IMG/VR virus record: IMGVR_UViG_3300033066_001917
Span: 64,001-128,000 of that record
Length of the DNA: 64,000 bases
Origin: a virus
Lineage: Duplodnaviria; Caudoviricetes
Direction: 5' to 3' (one strand)
Shown: positions 1 through 9,745 of the stretch, one piece after another
Layout: each line of letters begins with the position of its first letter
Position numbering within the stretch: position 1 is the stretch's first letter
Position numbers and translations under genes: made by a program
The notes under the pieces: model-generated
What the model saw: only the letters and a program-made list of their open reading frames with translations
What the model was told of the DNA's origin: nothing
Database searches by the model: none

Positions 1-269
1 ACCCTCCTAATCTGATCACTTAACCTCTTTTTTCTGTAGGCTAACCTTTTCTTGTCATTTTTTATCCGTCTGTCCACATCCACCAGTGCCTCGAAAGGGA
101 TCTTGAAATATCCGAGCTTTTGAAGGTACTCGTCTGTTATTTTTGTGGCAACGGGACCACAGGTTGATTGGTTCGGATATGTGATGTACACACCAGATGC
201 GCGAAATTTTACCTTGCACTTCAATAGTACCATCTTTCCGTTTTGATTTTGTACCGTGTACCTGATCAA
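1..269 (-). CDS. hypothetical protein, partial (runs off window edge)
   Basis: Manual translation gives an open frame from TTG at 269 to the window start (LIRYTVQNQNGKMVLLKCK...), just downstream of the helicase gene. Confidence 0.5.
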   Translation of the reverse strand, partial: MIRYTVQNQNGKMVLLKCKVKFRASGVYITYPNQSTCGPVATKITDEYLQKLGYFKIPFEALVDVDRRIKNDKKRLAYRKKRLSDQIRR

Positions 270-277
270 TTGCCTAC

Positions 278-3200
278 TCATGTCCACACCTCCGAAATCA
301 TGTTGTAAAGCTCCTTACCCACTGAAAGGCCGGATACACCCACATCACCTACACCAGCCGCCATTAGGGCTGATTCAGAATCAAGTCCGTCGGTAGCCAT
401 GCTTACCCCCACCTTGTGGAAGAGGAGACTCATAGCTTTCTCTTGGGAGATTACCGTGTATCTCGGAAGGTAGATGCGAATTTCCTTATCCTGGCCAATT
501 CTATCCGATCGTCCTTTTGCTTGACGATAAACGATTGGGTTACATGCCGGGTTTTCGTGCCACCACTGCGAGGAAAAATGCACCAGAACGTTCAATCCGG
601 TCTGGACGCATACCGGGTTGGTGATAAGAACTGGAGCCTTTGGCCCCACTACGTGTTTATCAATCCACGACTGACGTTTACCCGTGGGGACTTTGGCCGG
701 ATCCAACACGGGCACCTTCCATCCAAACTTGGTTTCAATGAGCTTTTGCAAACGAGGGATAAGCTCCACGTGCCATGTAAGCACCAGGACGTTCCTACCC
801 TCTTTGTACTCATTTTCAATTGTGGAAAGAAGCTCACGTTCCTTGGGGAGAGGAGCCAACCCTACGGGTTCTCCTCTAGCCACAAGAAGTCGTCCCTCCG
901 ACTCCGGGTACCGGACTTCATAAGCCCCGTCCGGGGTATTTCCAGTATCCTTTGTCGCTCTGTCGAGATGAGAGGGGATCTCGGACACTTGCCCCCATAG
1001 CTTTCCTGCGAGGGGGGTGTATCTATCTTTCCTTACCTGATTGAGGAGTTCCCCCACAAGAAATAGGTGGACATTCTCCTGGTCCGGGTCAGGTTTGACC
1101 CTCACTACAATCTCACGGCATGGGGGAAGGTTTAGGGCTAGATCCGCTTTGTGGATCGTCACACAGGAAGCTAGCATTTTAAGGACAAATAGAGGGAGAA
1201 CCCCGGGAGCAGAACCAAGGTCTTTCTCCTTTCGTTCAACCCTATCCGACATAGCCCCGTATTCCACGATCTCTCCGGTGGACTTGTCCGTGTCTTGGAG
1301 GAGGCGCTTCCGATATCCATATCGGTCTACAAATGGTCTTCGGTCATCTCGGTCGAATTCCTCCCTAAAAGAAGGAAAAAGGGCCCACCAGTTGGCAAAC
1401 AAGGACTCGGCGTACCCATTCATAATAGACCCGGTGAGTAGGATGGTAGGTTTTCCCAATCCTGTAAGCCTGTGGGCAGCTCGTTCTTGGGCCGATCCAT
1501 CCGTACTATATTCGTGACCCTCGTCTAAAATAAGGAAATCGAAAGTCTCAGGTTTGTTGTGTGTGATATAAGTGGCCAGTGGGTAGCGCATAGGCTCCCC
1601 AATTGCTTGAAACAATTCTGTGCCACACTCCTCTTCCCGAATCCAGGTTGCGGTTTCGTTGAGGGATGATAGAGCCATGAATATGTGACCCGTATCTCCC
1701 ATAGGCCGATTCCGATACGTTGGGTGCCCGTCTGCCGTAGAAAGGTCTAGGTATCCATTTTCACATGACTCCTTGAAACTCGTCATCTCCCGCCAGAATT
1801 TCTTGAAGTTGTCATGTGTAGTTTCATCCCTCAATCTATTTTGGTGACTTGTGGGAAGCATCATGTACAGGTTTTTAGCCGCGTCCTGGCAATGCATTCC
1901 TGCCCCATATTCACCCAATTGGAATGCCACGGAACCAACCAGAAGTGTGGTAGCAACGTCCAGAGTCAAATCCGGATCATTGATTCCGGCTAGAAAGTGA
2001 ACGATGGCTTTTACCTCGGGGGCACTCCCGTACCCATAGCGTTCTGGGAACAACCCGACCAACCTTCGTGCAATATCTTTCACACGAGGCTGTTGTCGGA
2101 GATCCGCCATCAACTCCTTTCTTTTACTTTCTACTGAGGTTCTGTCCAATGAACCTTCCTCTTTTGAGGCTTTAAGCACCATGGAGGATAGGAGCCCACC
2201 CGTAAGAGCAGCCCTTACAACGGAGTTGGTTGGGTTTAGTTTGTAGAACGTCCTGGCTATTTCAAGCAGGATCTCCGCGTCCTCGGAGCTAGGCTTGATT
2301 GGTTTGAGGGAACATCGGCTTCTCTTTTTTGCCAAGTCTTCGTCAGGAAGCTTCCCCCCGCACCCAGGGCATGATTTTTCAACCCCAATCCAACCGTGGC
2401 CTAGTTTGGCCGCCTCACGGGATAGGATTCCAAGAATCCGTCCTCCTTTATAGGAGGCCATAGCATCAATGTCTGAAACCGACCGTAGAACCATCACTTT
2501 TGCGGATGGGTCTACGAATCTCATTTGTTCTTCCCAGGATTCTAGAAGGTGGGGTGGACAAACCACTAAAATCTTCTCAGAACCACATGCAAAAGCAGTG
2601 GCCAGCGACATTCCGCTTTTCCCGCAACCAATCTCACCTAAGAGAATGGCGGATTTCCCTTTCCTTCTAGCCATAGAGACATTGGGCCCCCCTAGAAGGC
2701 GAGTTAGGGCTCTAACCGCGTGCTCCTGAGCTTGAAATAGCGGTCTAGCGAGAATAGGCAGGGGAAAGTGATCCTTTGGGTTGGCCGGATCATATAGAAC
2801 TGGGCAATGGGACCTAAGAACTCTCAAAAGAGATTTGCCGTAGAGAGTGAGGAGATCCCCCGAAGTCATTCTGGCTGTATCAACGGATCCAGTTATCGAA
2901 GTAGAAGATTGGATCTCCTGTATTTTTTTTGTTTTGAGATCCAATACCGTGATGACAAGCCTGGGTCGCTGGGCTTGTACAACGGATGTGACTTCACCGT
3001 CTTTGTTCTTTTTTTCTTCAATGGTCTCGTATTCCCGGTCGAATACTCCTTTGACCAAAATGTCGGGAGCGCCGGATTTTGGGTCATCCGGTACAACCCG
3101 TTCCCCATTAAATACTCCGGCGGCAATACCCGCCGCAATGTGTGCAGGTTTTGGTGGGACGGCCACTGGATACTTTCTAGTAGCCAAAGACTCTGCAGAT

Positions 3201-4066
3201 GGGTCCGGAAGTACCGTTCTAATCGGTTTTACCTCTCCGCCGCGGGTGGAAAAGGACCATGGGATATACAGCTCTTTCACCCGAACGAGATCAACTGGCT
3301 GTAGCTCAAATGTGCCAAAGCCAATATTAACCTTGGTCCTGTATTGGAAATGACCAGGATAGTAACCCGGGGCAGGCAACTTCCATTTTGCAGAGGGTGT
3401 TCCAAGAACAGGGATTGTACTGGCATCCTTGGACCAACCTAGAATTTTTTGTTCCGTCTCAAGATCCCTCAACTGCAAAGTGTTAGTCCGTTTCCGACCA
3501 AACAGCACAACTTGTTTGTAGGTCGGAAAATCTTTCTCGGGAAAGGCAAAACACCCGATGTCATCATAGTTAGAAGCCAGAGTCTCTGCCGAGGCCGCCA
3601 GGGCAGTATAGGGGACGACGAAACAAAGGACACCCTCCGGGCACAAAGCGTCGGTGAACCTACGGAGAAATCTCTCCTCTAGTCTCTTGTATACTTTGTC
3701 CTGGTCATATGGGGGGTTGAGAAACAGAAGTGCCACACCCTGGTTGTCACTTTTACCTTTGGTCCATCGAACCTGGAAAGCGTCACCCACAATGGTATCC
3801 CCCCGACCGTAACCAACAGTGCGGCGGTGCGCATTTTTCAGAGACTCCCCCCTGCCCTGCTCCATTTCCACAGTATATAGCTCACACCCATTGTCAGTGC
3901 AGATTTTCTGGTAAATTTCGAGGATTGCCGACCCCTCCCCAGCACAAGGATCCATAAGAGCATATGGTTCATTGGGGTCCCAATCCAAATGACTAAGGAT
4001 GTGTGGGATGAGATGGTTGGGGGTTGGATAGTACCCGCCGACTGCTATGGAAGCTAACCTAGCCAT
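278..4066 (-). CDS. DNA methyltransferase (DUF6094-like) fused to SNF2/SF2 helicase
   Basis: N-terminus has YYPTP, DPCAGEG (SAM binding) and LFLNPPY (amino-MTase). C-terminus has GEIGCGKS (Walker A), ILDEGH (DExH), LTGS, QTGLN and QAKGRSDRIGQ (motif VI). Confidence 0.85.
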   Translation of the reverse strand: MARLASIAVGGYYPTPNHLIPHILSHLDWDPNEPYALMDPCAGEGSAILEIYQKICTDNGCELYTVEMEQGRGESLKNAHRRTVGYGRGDTIVGDAFQVRWTKGKSDNQGVALLFLNPPYDQDKVYKRLEERFLRRFTDALCPEGVLCFVVPYTALAASAETLASNYDDIGCFAFPEKDFPTYKQVVLFGRKRTNTLQLRDLETEQKILGWSKDASTIPVLGTPSAKWKLPAPGYYPGHFQYRTKVNIGFGTFELQPVDLVRVKELYIPWSFSTRGGEVKPIRTVLPDPSAESLATRKYPVAVPPKPAHIAAGIAAGVFNGERVVPDDPKSGAPDILVKGVFDREYETIEEKKNKDGEVTSVVQAQRPRLVITVLDLKTKKIQEIQSSTSITGSVDTARMTSGDLLTLYGKSLLRVLRSHCPVLYDPANPKDHFPLPILARPLFQAQEHAVRALTRLLGGPNVSMARRKGKSAILLGEIGCGKSGMSLATAFACGSEKILVVCPPHLLESWEEQMRFVDPSAKVMVLRSVSDIDAMASYKGGRILGILSREAAKLGHGWIGVEKSCPGCGGKLPDEDLAKKRSRCSLKPIKPSSEDAEILLEIARTFYKLNPTNSVVRAALTGGLLSSMVLKASKEEGSLDRTSVESKRKELMADLRQQPRVKDIARRLVGLFPERYGYGSAPEVKAIVHFLAGINDPDLTLDVATTLLVGSVAFQLGEYGAGMHCQDAAKNLYMMLPTSHQNRLRDETTHDNFKKFWREMTSFKESCENGYLDLSTADGHPTYRNRPMGDTGHIFMALSSLNETATWIREEECGTELFQAIGEPMRYPLATYITHNKPETFDFLILDEGHEYSTDGSAQERAAHRLTGLGKPTILLTGSIMNGYAESLFANWWALFPSFREEFDRDDRRPFVDRYGYRKRLLQDTDKSTGEIVEYGAMSDRVERKEKDLGSAPGVLPLFVLKMLASCVTIHKADLALNLPPCREIVVRVKPDPDQENVHLFLVGELLNQVRKDRYTPLAGKLWGQVSEIPSHLDRATKDTGNTPDGAYEVRYPESEGRLLVARGEPVGLAPLPKERELLSTIENEYKEGRNVLVLTWHVELIPRLQKLIETKFGWKVPVLDPAKVPTGKRQSWIDKHVVGPKAPVLITNPVCVQTGLNVLVHFSSQWWHENPACNPIVYRQAKGRSDRIGQDKEIRIYLPRYTVISQEKAMSLLFHKVGVSMATDGLDSESALMAAGVGDVGVSGLSVGKELYNMISEVWT

Positions 4067-4067
4067 G

Positions 4068-4862
4068 TTAACCTTTTACCGCGAAATAGCGATCAGTGCA
4101 CTGGGAAAGCACTTTGTTGAAATCATCATGACTGGATTTTAGTCCGAGGACTACATCTAAACCCAAGTCACTTCGCCCGATTACCTTGAATTCGTCCCCA
4201 CTACGATCCCATCGGCGATAAGTAGGTGTCTCAATGTCTATTGCTTCTTTGGCAATGCCCGCATCAATACAAGCCAGGAGAAGCTGAAGATGAAAACAAG
4301 GGTCGGGGATAATAGGGGCTCGTGTTCGATTGTCCAGGTATGAGCAAAAGAGGGAAGCGACAGCACAAAGCCCCCGAAGGTCGGATCTCTTTCGAGGTTC
4401 ACCATTCTGAACCCTTGTTTTCATGGCGTGGTCAACCATCAAATCTAACGGCAGTTTCTGTTCGTGTTCTTTTGACCATGGCACGGAGGGTGTTAGGGCA
4501 AACCGAATTTCCGTTGGGTCTACCATTCCCGGGTTGATGTCCCACAACTCCGGGAGATAGACTGTAGTAACGGACACACCCTCAAATCTCTGGGTTGCGT
4601 GAAGATACCGGGCACTCCGTAGAAATTCGAATGTCAACTGACTGTGTTTGGATCCTCCGGACAAGGCTTTGGCCCCCGTTTGAAGGTTTGCCATGAAGGG
4701 GCGGCCTTGTGTTTCGGTTGCGGCGAAGGCTGCAAATATTGGCCGCTCGTTGTCCCCCGCCTGAGGCCACAACCAATTCGATACAATGTAACCTAGAAGG
4801 GTAGCCTCGAAAACTCGGCCTTTCCCCTTCTTGTCTTTTTGTTCTATTTGGAGATTGATCAC
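4068..4862 (-). CDS. hypothetical protein coupled to the MTase-helicase gene
   Basis: 264-aa ORF ending 1 nt before the helicase ATG; GTAA-N9-GTG upstream. Confidence 0.75.
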   Translation of the reverse strand: MINLQIEQKDKKGKGRVFEATLLGYIVSNWLWPQAGDNERPIFAAFAATETQGRPFMANLQTGAKALSGGSKHSQLTFEFLRSARYLHATQRFEGVSVTTVYLPELWDINPGMVDPTEIRFALTPSVPWSKEHEQKLPLDLMVDHAMKTRVQNGEPRKRSDLRGLCAVASLFCSYLDNRTRAPIIPDPCFHLQLLLACIDAGIAKEAIDIETPTYRRWDRSGDEFKVIGRSDLGLDVVLGLKSSHDDFNKVLSQCTDRYFAVKG

Positions 4863-4936
4863 GAGCCTATCTTACGAAACGAGGGTGCTGTTGAAGCCTT
4901 CTAAGGAGATAAATGCCGCGGATTTCGGACCCGAAA

Positions 4937-5323
4937 TCAAGAGCCAATCAGCATTTTCTTTACAAGATGGGCGTTCAATTGCCGATCAATCTCTCGATCG
5001 GAGTATAGGTTACCCACATCATAGTGGACTAACCAAGCCTCCTCCATGAAATCAACCAACCGGAACTCTTCCCCCCCAAAAAAGTAGTAGACAGAAGCCA
5101 TAGGGTGTGGTTTATTCTCTACCCTACACACACGGATAAAATGGTCGATAACTACCGGGGAGAACGTCACAACGATGGCGTCCCCTGCATGGATGGTGTG
5201 ACCATCAGTGTCTTTCTCAATCTCCATGACTGAGTCAACCCGATCTCTGATCCGGTCGGGATGGTCGTCCCCAGAAATGAAAACCTCACCCGGTCGTGGG
5301 TGCCGGTTGATGACCAGCTTCAC
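4937..5323 (-). CDS. hypothetical protein
   Basis: 128-aa ORF with a GTGA overlap with the upstream ORF. Confidence 0.65.
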   Translation of the reverse strand: MKLVINRHPRPGEVFISGDDHPDRIRDRVDSVMEIEKDTDGHTIHAGDAIVVTFSPVVIDHFIRVCRVENKPHPMASVYYFFGGEEFRLVDFMEEAWLVHYDVGNLYSDREIDRQLNAHLVKKMLIGS

Positions 5324-5508
5324 TTCCCACCGTTTTTCATTGTCATCTGCAACATTTTTATGGTGTGACGGTAGGCACTAGCTTTGCCCTCGCAGTAACC
5401 AATGTCCCTCGCCTCCCCATTGATGGAGTGCTCCTCCGCACTGGTTTCATTTACCTCGACTAGCTGCTCCAGGTCCTTGAGTATACGTTCAATGCTTTGT
5501 TTGTTCAC
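5320..5508 (-). CDS. small hypothetical protein
   Basis: 62-aa helical-looking ORF overlapping the next gene by 4 nt. Confidence 0.6.
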   Translation of the reverse strand: MNKQSIERILKDLEQLVEVNETSAEEHSINGEARDIGYCEGKASAYRHTIKMLQMTMKNGGK

Positions 5509-5655
5509 TATTTTCTCGTTTCAGTAGGTGGGCTGACGAAGGTTCAAGGCTCCACAGATGGCGTGAGACATGGTGATGTGTTTCCACCTTTTCCAGTTGG
5601 ACGCGCCAACCCTGTAGTGGAGGTTGTATCTCACGTTAGGTCCCTTGTCCCTTAC

Positions 5656-5994
5656 CTATCGTTTATCCCCATACATGGTCTCGTCCCGACTAGTCCACCA
5701 CTTGGGGCGATAGGGGCACGAGCCTTCAGGGTACCTCTTCAGGTAGGTTTTGTAGTCCTCACGCCATACGGCGTCGTGCTCACCCATAGTTTCTCGAATG
5801 GCTTGGCGAACCCTACCTAAATCCCCCATGGCCAATACGTGCGCCCACCCGGAAGAATAGTGCCAGTCTACTGATTGGCCGGATACCAGAGCGATGGTTT
5901 TGACCCACCGTTCAATCTCTTCCGCAGGGCCAATACCTGTTGTGAACATTAACTCACCATATTTGGCAACGGTCGGATCACACGTGTCATCCAT
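5656..5994 (-). CDS. hypothetical protein
   Basis: 112-aa ORF; GTAA-N8-ATG upstream. Confidence 0.65.
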   Translation of the reverse strand: MDDTCDPTVAKYGELMFTTGIGPAEEIERWVKTIALVSGQSVDWHYSSGWAHVLAMGDLGRVRQAIRETMGEHDAVWREDYKTYLKRYPEGSCPYRPKWWTSRDETMYGDKR

Positions 5995-6048
5995 GGCCTA
6001 TGTTACTTTCAATCGGTGAGATGTGGTTTTGGGAAATCCTGTGGGGGA

Positions 6049-6417
6049 TCATGACTCCCATGGGATTAGGTACAACCCTGGGGTTACTCCAACCCCCTGG
6101 AGCTCTGGATCCAGGTGATTGAAGGTCTCCCACGCCCCGTCTCGATCCGCGAACACTGGACCAACATCAAGTTCATCGAGTTTTACCGGACATCCAGGGA
6201 TGACAGCACAGGATGCTATCACCACCCCCACGTACCCAATGGGATACCCGTAACCGTCCAGGCCCGGCAACCCTACGAACCCATACAATTCGAGTTCGTC
6301 AATAAACTCCGGGTCCCCACCTTTGTGACGTGGGTCGCCTTTGGGCCAAGAGCGAATCACGTCGGCATGTGCCTTGGTGAATGGCACGCCGTAGATCAAT
6401 TTCATGGATGTGTACAT
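6049..6417 (-). CDS. hypothetical protein
   Basis: 122-aa ORF in a tightly packed minus-strand run. Confidence 0.6.
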   Translation of the reverse strand: MYTSMKLIYGVPFTKAHADVIRSWPKGDPRHKGGDPEFIDELELYGFVGLPGLDGYGYPIGYVGVVIASCAVIPGCPVKLDELDVGPVFADRDGAWETFNHLDPELQGVGVTPGLYLIPWES

Positions 6418-6419
6418 GC

Positions 6420-6695
6420 TTAGTAATCCTCTTGGCGGAGAACCATGTTCTTCCGTGGGTGGTAGAAGTGCCCTTCGGGTCCCAAAAGGTCCATCATTCG
6501 ACGGTGAAGCTCTTTTTCCTTTGGTCCCCGTCGTGCAACATAGGTGACCTGTCGCTCGTGAATGTTACACCAAAGGACAATATCTGAGAATTCCACGTGG
6601 AGAATTTGGTTGATGGTGGGAACAGGGAATATAGCGTCCCACATCTTGTAGTTCCAGTGGGCTTGGTAGGTGGATCGTTTTGCAGGATCTGTCAC
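6420..6695 (-). CDS. hypothetical protein
   Basis: 91-aa ORF ending 2 nt before the next start. Confidence 0.55.
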   Translation of the reverse strand: MTDPAKRSTYQAHWNYKMWDAIFPVPTINQILHVEFSDIVLWCNIHERQVTYVARRGPKEKELHRRMMDLLGPEGHFYHPRKNMVLRQEDY

Positions 6696-6790
6696 GGTGT
6701 GTTATTTGAGTACAGGGGTTCTTGACCTATCCTTGACTCTTCTCATAGGTTTACGACGGGTCGCGTCATTGTGGTTGCGTAAGTGTCCCT

Positions 6791-7270
6791 ATGACACCAG
6801 AAATCATTATTGCCATCCTCCTCGAACTTTTTCCTCATATGTCCGGCAACAACCGACAGTGCATAGAAAACCATCAGGATAGGATTGTGCAACAGGTACA
6901 TGAGGCTACCGATGCCCCCTTGATTGAAGGAGTGCCCTCAATCCCGCCCGAGGTTCTCATGGTCGTCGGGTTTGTCGAGACTCATCTTGGTTGCGATGTG
7001 GGTGAGGGTGGTAATTGGGGCGCTCCAATTGATGCAGAGCATCGGCATACGGCTGGAACCCACATGCACGCTGCCTACTCCCTGGCACGAGGCTACCAGC
7101 GTTGTGGTTCGTGGGATGGTGCAATCATGCGCTTTCGCACCGGGCTTTGTAACCCAAGGCACAGTTCTAGTCCGGAGATAACGACCCTTGGATTAAGATA
7201 CCTCAGATTGGTTCACCACATCATCCGTAGGATTGAAGTTCGAGCCACGCCTGCCGGGATGGGGTGCTAG
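6791..7270 (+). CDS. SLT/lytic transglycosylase-like protein
   Basis: IPPEVLMVVGFVET resembles SLT motif I (catalytic E-S/T); YQRCGSWDGAIMRFRTG resembles the G-W--A---YN-G motif; GTAA-N8-ATG upstream. Confidence 0.5.
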   Translation: MTPEIIIAILLELFPHMSGNNRQCIENHQDRIVQQVHEATDAPLIEGVPSIPPEVLMVVGFVETHLGCDVGEGGNWGAPIDAEHRHTAGTHMHAAYSLARGYQRCGSWDGAIMRFRTGLCNPRHSSSPEITTLGLRYLRLVHHIIRRIEVRATPAGMGC

Positions 7271-7280
7271 TTTTCATCCC

Positions 7281-8123
7281 TCACTCGTCCCGCCACATAC
7301 CACTCGAATTTGCCGCTTTCTCCGCTAGACTACTGAAAAGTGCGTAGCACTCCGCAATGGTTTTGTGCCGCGGTGCCTGGGGGCCATTTTGGGAGGGTCC
7401 CCATTCCCGGTTTAGTCGACCCATGAGGATTCGCAGAAGGCACAGTTCGGCAAACCCCCGGAGTACCTCATCCCTATCTTCCGGATCCACTTCTTCTGTG
7501 GCGCAAATGAGGGCGAAATTTACGAATCCCATCGCAAGTCCAATGCGCCCCGGATGATCCGGAATCATCACGTTCGGCAGACCGTATGAAGCCTGCCACA
7601 GAGTCTTCCGTCGGTCCATCTCTTTCCCATCTTCCCGAGCCCATTCGATTTCATGGGCAACCTGTGTGATGGTTTCGTCCAGGGCCTTGCGGAGCACCAT
7701 AGTGATGCTTTCCAGGGAATATTTCCCCACGGTCATCCTCATCATTGGGTCCCACACGTCACGGCGGATGAAAGCCAGACGTAGTGGTACAGGACGTTCA
7801 CCCTTACGGTCGATCACTTTGTGGAGACCGTAAGGGATGACCCTTTCCATCATCCCCCCGAAGTTTGCATTTTCGTCCAGGGGTTCGGCCGGATCCAACC
7901 GGATCTGCTCCCAGGCGATCCGCTCCATCCATCCGTCTCCCGGCTCGTAGCACCCGTTGTGCTCTCGGTCATATGTGTTGTGGATTGGGGGTGAGCGGGG
8001 TACCCATCGGGCTTCGGAACCCACGTCACTGGTGCGTTCGCTACCCGCTAGGATGATGACTACCACGTCTTCGTCACCAATGGGAAGTCCAGAGACTGCG
8101 CAAATGCCGTATTTATCACTCAT
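7281..8123 (-). CDS. hypothetical phage protein
   Basis: 280-aa ORF with N-terminal CAVSGLPI; GTAA-N9-ATG upstream. Confidence 0.7.
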   Translation of the reverse strand: MSDKYGICAVSGLPIGDEDVVVIILAGSERTSDVGSEARWVPRSPPIHNTYDREHNGCYEPGDGWMERIAWEQIRLDPAEPLDENANFGGMMERVIPYGLHKVIDRKGERPVPLRLAFIRRDVWDPMMRMTVGKYSLESITMVLRKALDETITQVAHEIEWAREDGKEMDRRKTLWQASYGLPNVMIPDHPGRIGLAMGFVNFALICATEEVDPEDRDEVLRGFAELCLLRILMGRLNREWGPSQNGPQAPRHKTIAECYALFSSLAEKAANSSGMWRDE

Positions 8124-8167
8124 GGTTGCTAGTTACGACACTGCGCGAATGGTTGATACCTTAAAAT

Positions 8168-8455
8168 CTACTCGTCGGATTCACGCACCGAGAATCGGTA
8201 GGTGGCGCCATGCCCGGAATCTTTCGTGTAGGATGCACACCATCCTTTTTTACGGATCCGAGTCATGGCTTCTTGAACTGCGATTTCATCCCATTCTTTG
8301 TTCGTGACGGGGAGGGATACACCCTGTCTGAGATTTGCCCGGATAAAAACCAAAATCTCTTGGATTTGTGGTTCGAGGATTTGGATCCGTTCGACACGCA
8401 TTTCGTGGGGGGTGGGGAACTCAATGCTGTTTTCATCAAATTGTTCAAGGCTCAT
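8168..8455 (-). CDS. hypothetical protein
   Basis: 95-aa ORF with AGGA upstream. Confidence 0.6.
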   Translation of the reverse strand: MSLEQFDENSIEFPTPHEMRVERIQILEPQIQEILVFIRANLRQGVSLPVTNKEWDEIAVQEAMTRIRKKGWCASYTKDSGHGATYRFSVRESDE

Positions 8456-8463
8456 TGGCCATC

Positions 8464-8898
8464 CTACTTTCTTTTGATAAGATCAAAAGCAGCATATGCT
8501 GCTATCTCCCCGTCTGAATGGCGAACATAATAGGTTTCTCCATTCTTACTATCGATGACCCCGGGTGCACTGACTTTGCGGCGAACCACATAGGATTGCG
8601 GCGCCTCCACACAGAATGAGGGACTCATATGATCGGTCGTTTCGATTTCTGTTCCAACTTTCAGGTGGCGATATCGAAACCAACGGCCCACTTTGGGTGC
8701 TATGTCATACGCTAGATATGCTCCCCCAAGGTAAAGGACTCCAGCAGTAACAACCGCAACTGGTCCTAGCACAAGACCGATAAGGACCCCCAGAGCTTTC
8801 CCAGACAGAAGATAGCCCCCCAAGCCGCCACCCAGAATCGATCCGGCCAGACCTTTGGCAAATGTAGTGTGTTTTGGTAAAAATGCTGCGTTGTTCAT
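8464..8898 (-). CDS. predicted membrane protein
   Basis: Two Gly-rich hydrophobic segments; start moved to ATG 8898 to avoid overlapping the upstream gene. Confidence 0.6.
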   Translation of the reverse strand: MNNAAFLPKHTTFAKGLAGSILGGGLGGYLLSGKALGVLIGLVLGPVAVVTAGVLYLGGAYLAYDIAPKVGRWFRYRHLKVGTEIETTDHMSPSFCVEAPQSYVVRRKVSAPGVIDSKNGETYYVRHSDGEIAAYAAFDLIKRK

Positions 8899-8905
8899 AC
8901 CCGGG

Positions 8906-9745
8906 TTACTCTTTTGTTGGGCAATTTGAAGTGAAAATCCTCGCCCATGCCTCGGCACTCCAACCTACACGATCCGACACCTGCCCATCCCCCAACTCGA
9001 CCAATCTATCTTCCCCTTCCGTGTTTCTCGCGATGTCCACGCAAAAAAACGGACTGTCAATAACCTTAGCGCAATGCCTTAAGATATCCGGAACTACTTC
9101 CCTCCCCTCCGGTGAAAATGGTTCTCCGCGAAATACGAAAAATCTCTTCTCCGTTCCTTCTTCATACATTTCCACTCTACGCAGACACACTCCACCCTCT
9201 ACCATCCCCCGATAATACCTCATTTGCTCAAGGGTTTGTTGTAGCTGTTCGATGTTATGGACAAAAGGCCCCCGGCCTACTTTGAGTGACTTGACATAAT
9301 CCTTGACAAAGTAAGCACTCCACCCAAGTTGACCCATCAGGGATGTAAAATCTGTATTCTCTTCCACCACTACGGTTTCAGCCGTCCATCTTCGGAGAAG
9401 CGGGTACCAATTAGGAAGATGGTGACATTGGAGATATTTTTCATAGGATGTCAACATCATCCCGCCCTGTCCATGAACTCCTCGACACAGATTCAAGTAT
9501 TGCACTGCCGACAGCATCCATCCACGATAGACGATGATGTCACCTGGATTTATCTGGGGTCGTACCTTGAAATTTTCCGTTTCGAGGTTCCCGTCTAGGA
9601 TAGATAGGTCTACCTCCTTCAGAGCATCAACCTCCTCCAAGAACATTTCATCCGGCACCCTCGGATTAATGGGGTTGGAGGGGTGCAGAAATCTTAGGTT
9701 GCCATACATTTTCCGAAGGTATCCTGTTGATGGTTTTGGTGACAT
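8906..9745 (-). CDS. ATP-grasp domain protein (DUF4343/R2K-like)
   Basis: YRGWML, HHLPNWY, YFVKDYVKSLK, EKRFFV, FFCVDIA and VELGDGQVS are typical of the family; true start may be 9709. Confidence 0.75.
   Translation of the reverse strand: MSPKPSTGYLRKMYGNLRFLHPSNPINPRVPDEMFLEEVDALKEVDLSILDGNLETENFKVRPQINPGDIIVYRGWMLSAVQYLNLCRGVHGQGGMMLTSYEKYLQCHHLPNWYPLLRRWTAETVVVEENTDFTSLMGQLGWSAYFVKDYVKSLKVGRGPFVHNIEQLQQTLEQMRYYRGMVEGGVCLRRVEMYEEGTEKRFFVFRGEPFSPEGREVVPDILRHCAKVIDSPFFCVDIARNTEGEDRLVELGDGQVSDRVGWSAEAWARIFTSNCPTKE

Noticed and set aside
1500-2400. Intein in the helicase insertion
   Set aside because: No C/S-start and HN-C/S/T splice motifs or LAGLIDADG signature recognised
5521-5658. Open frame continuing after the TAG of ORF 5656-5994
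   Set aside because: A 44-codon extension with no recognisable motif; equally explained by chance or by a separate GTG-start mini-gene
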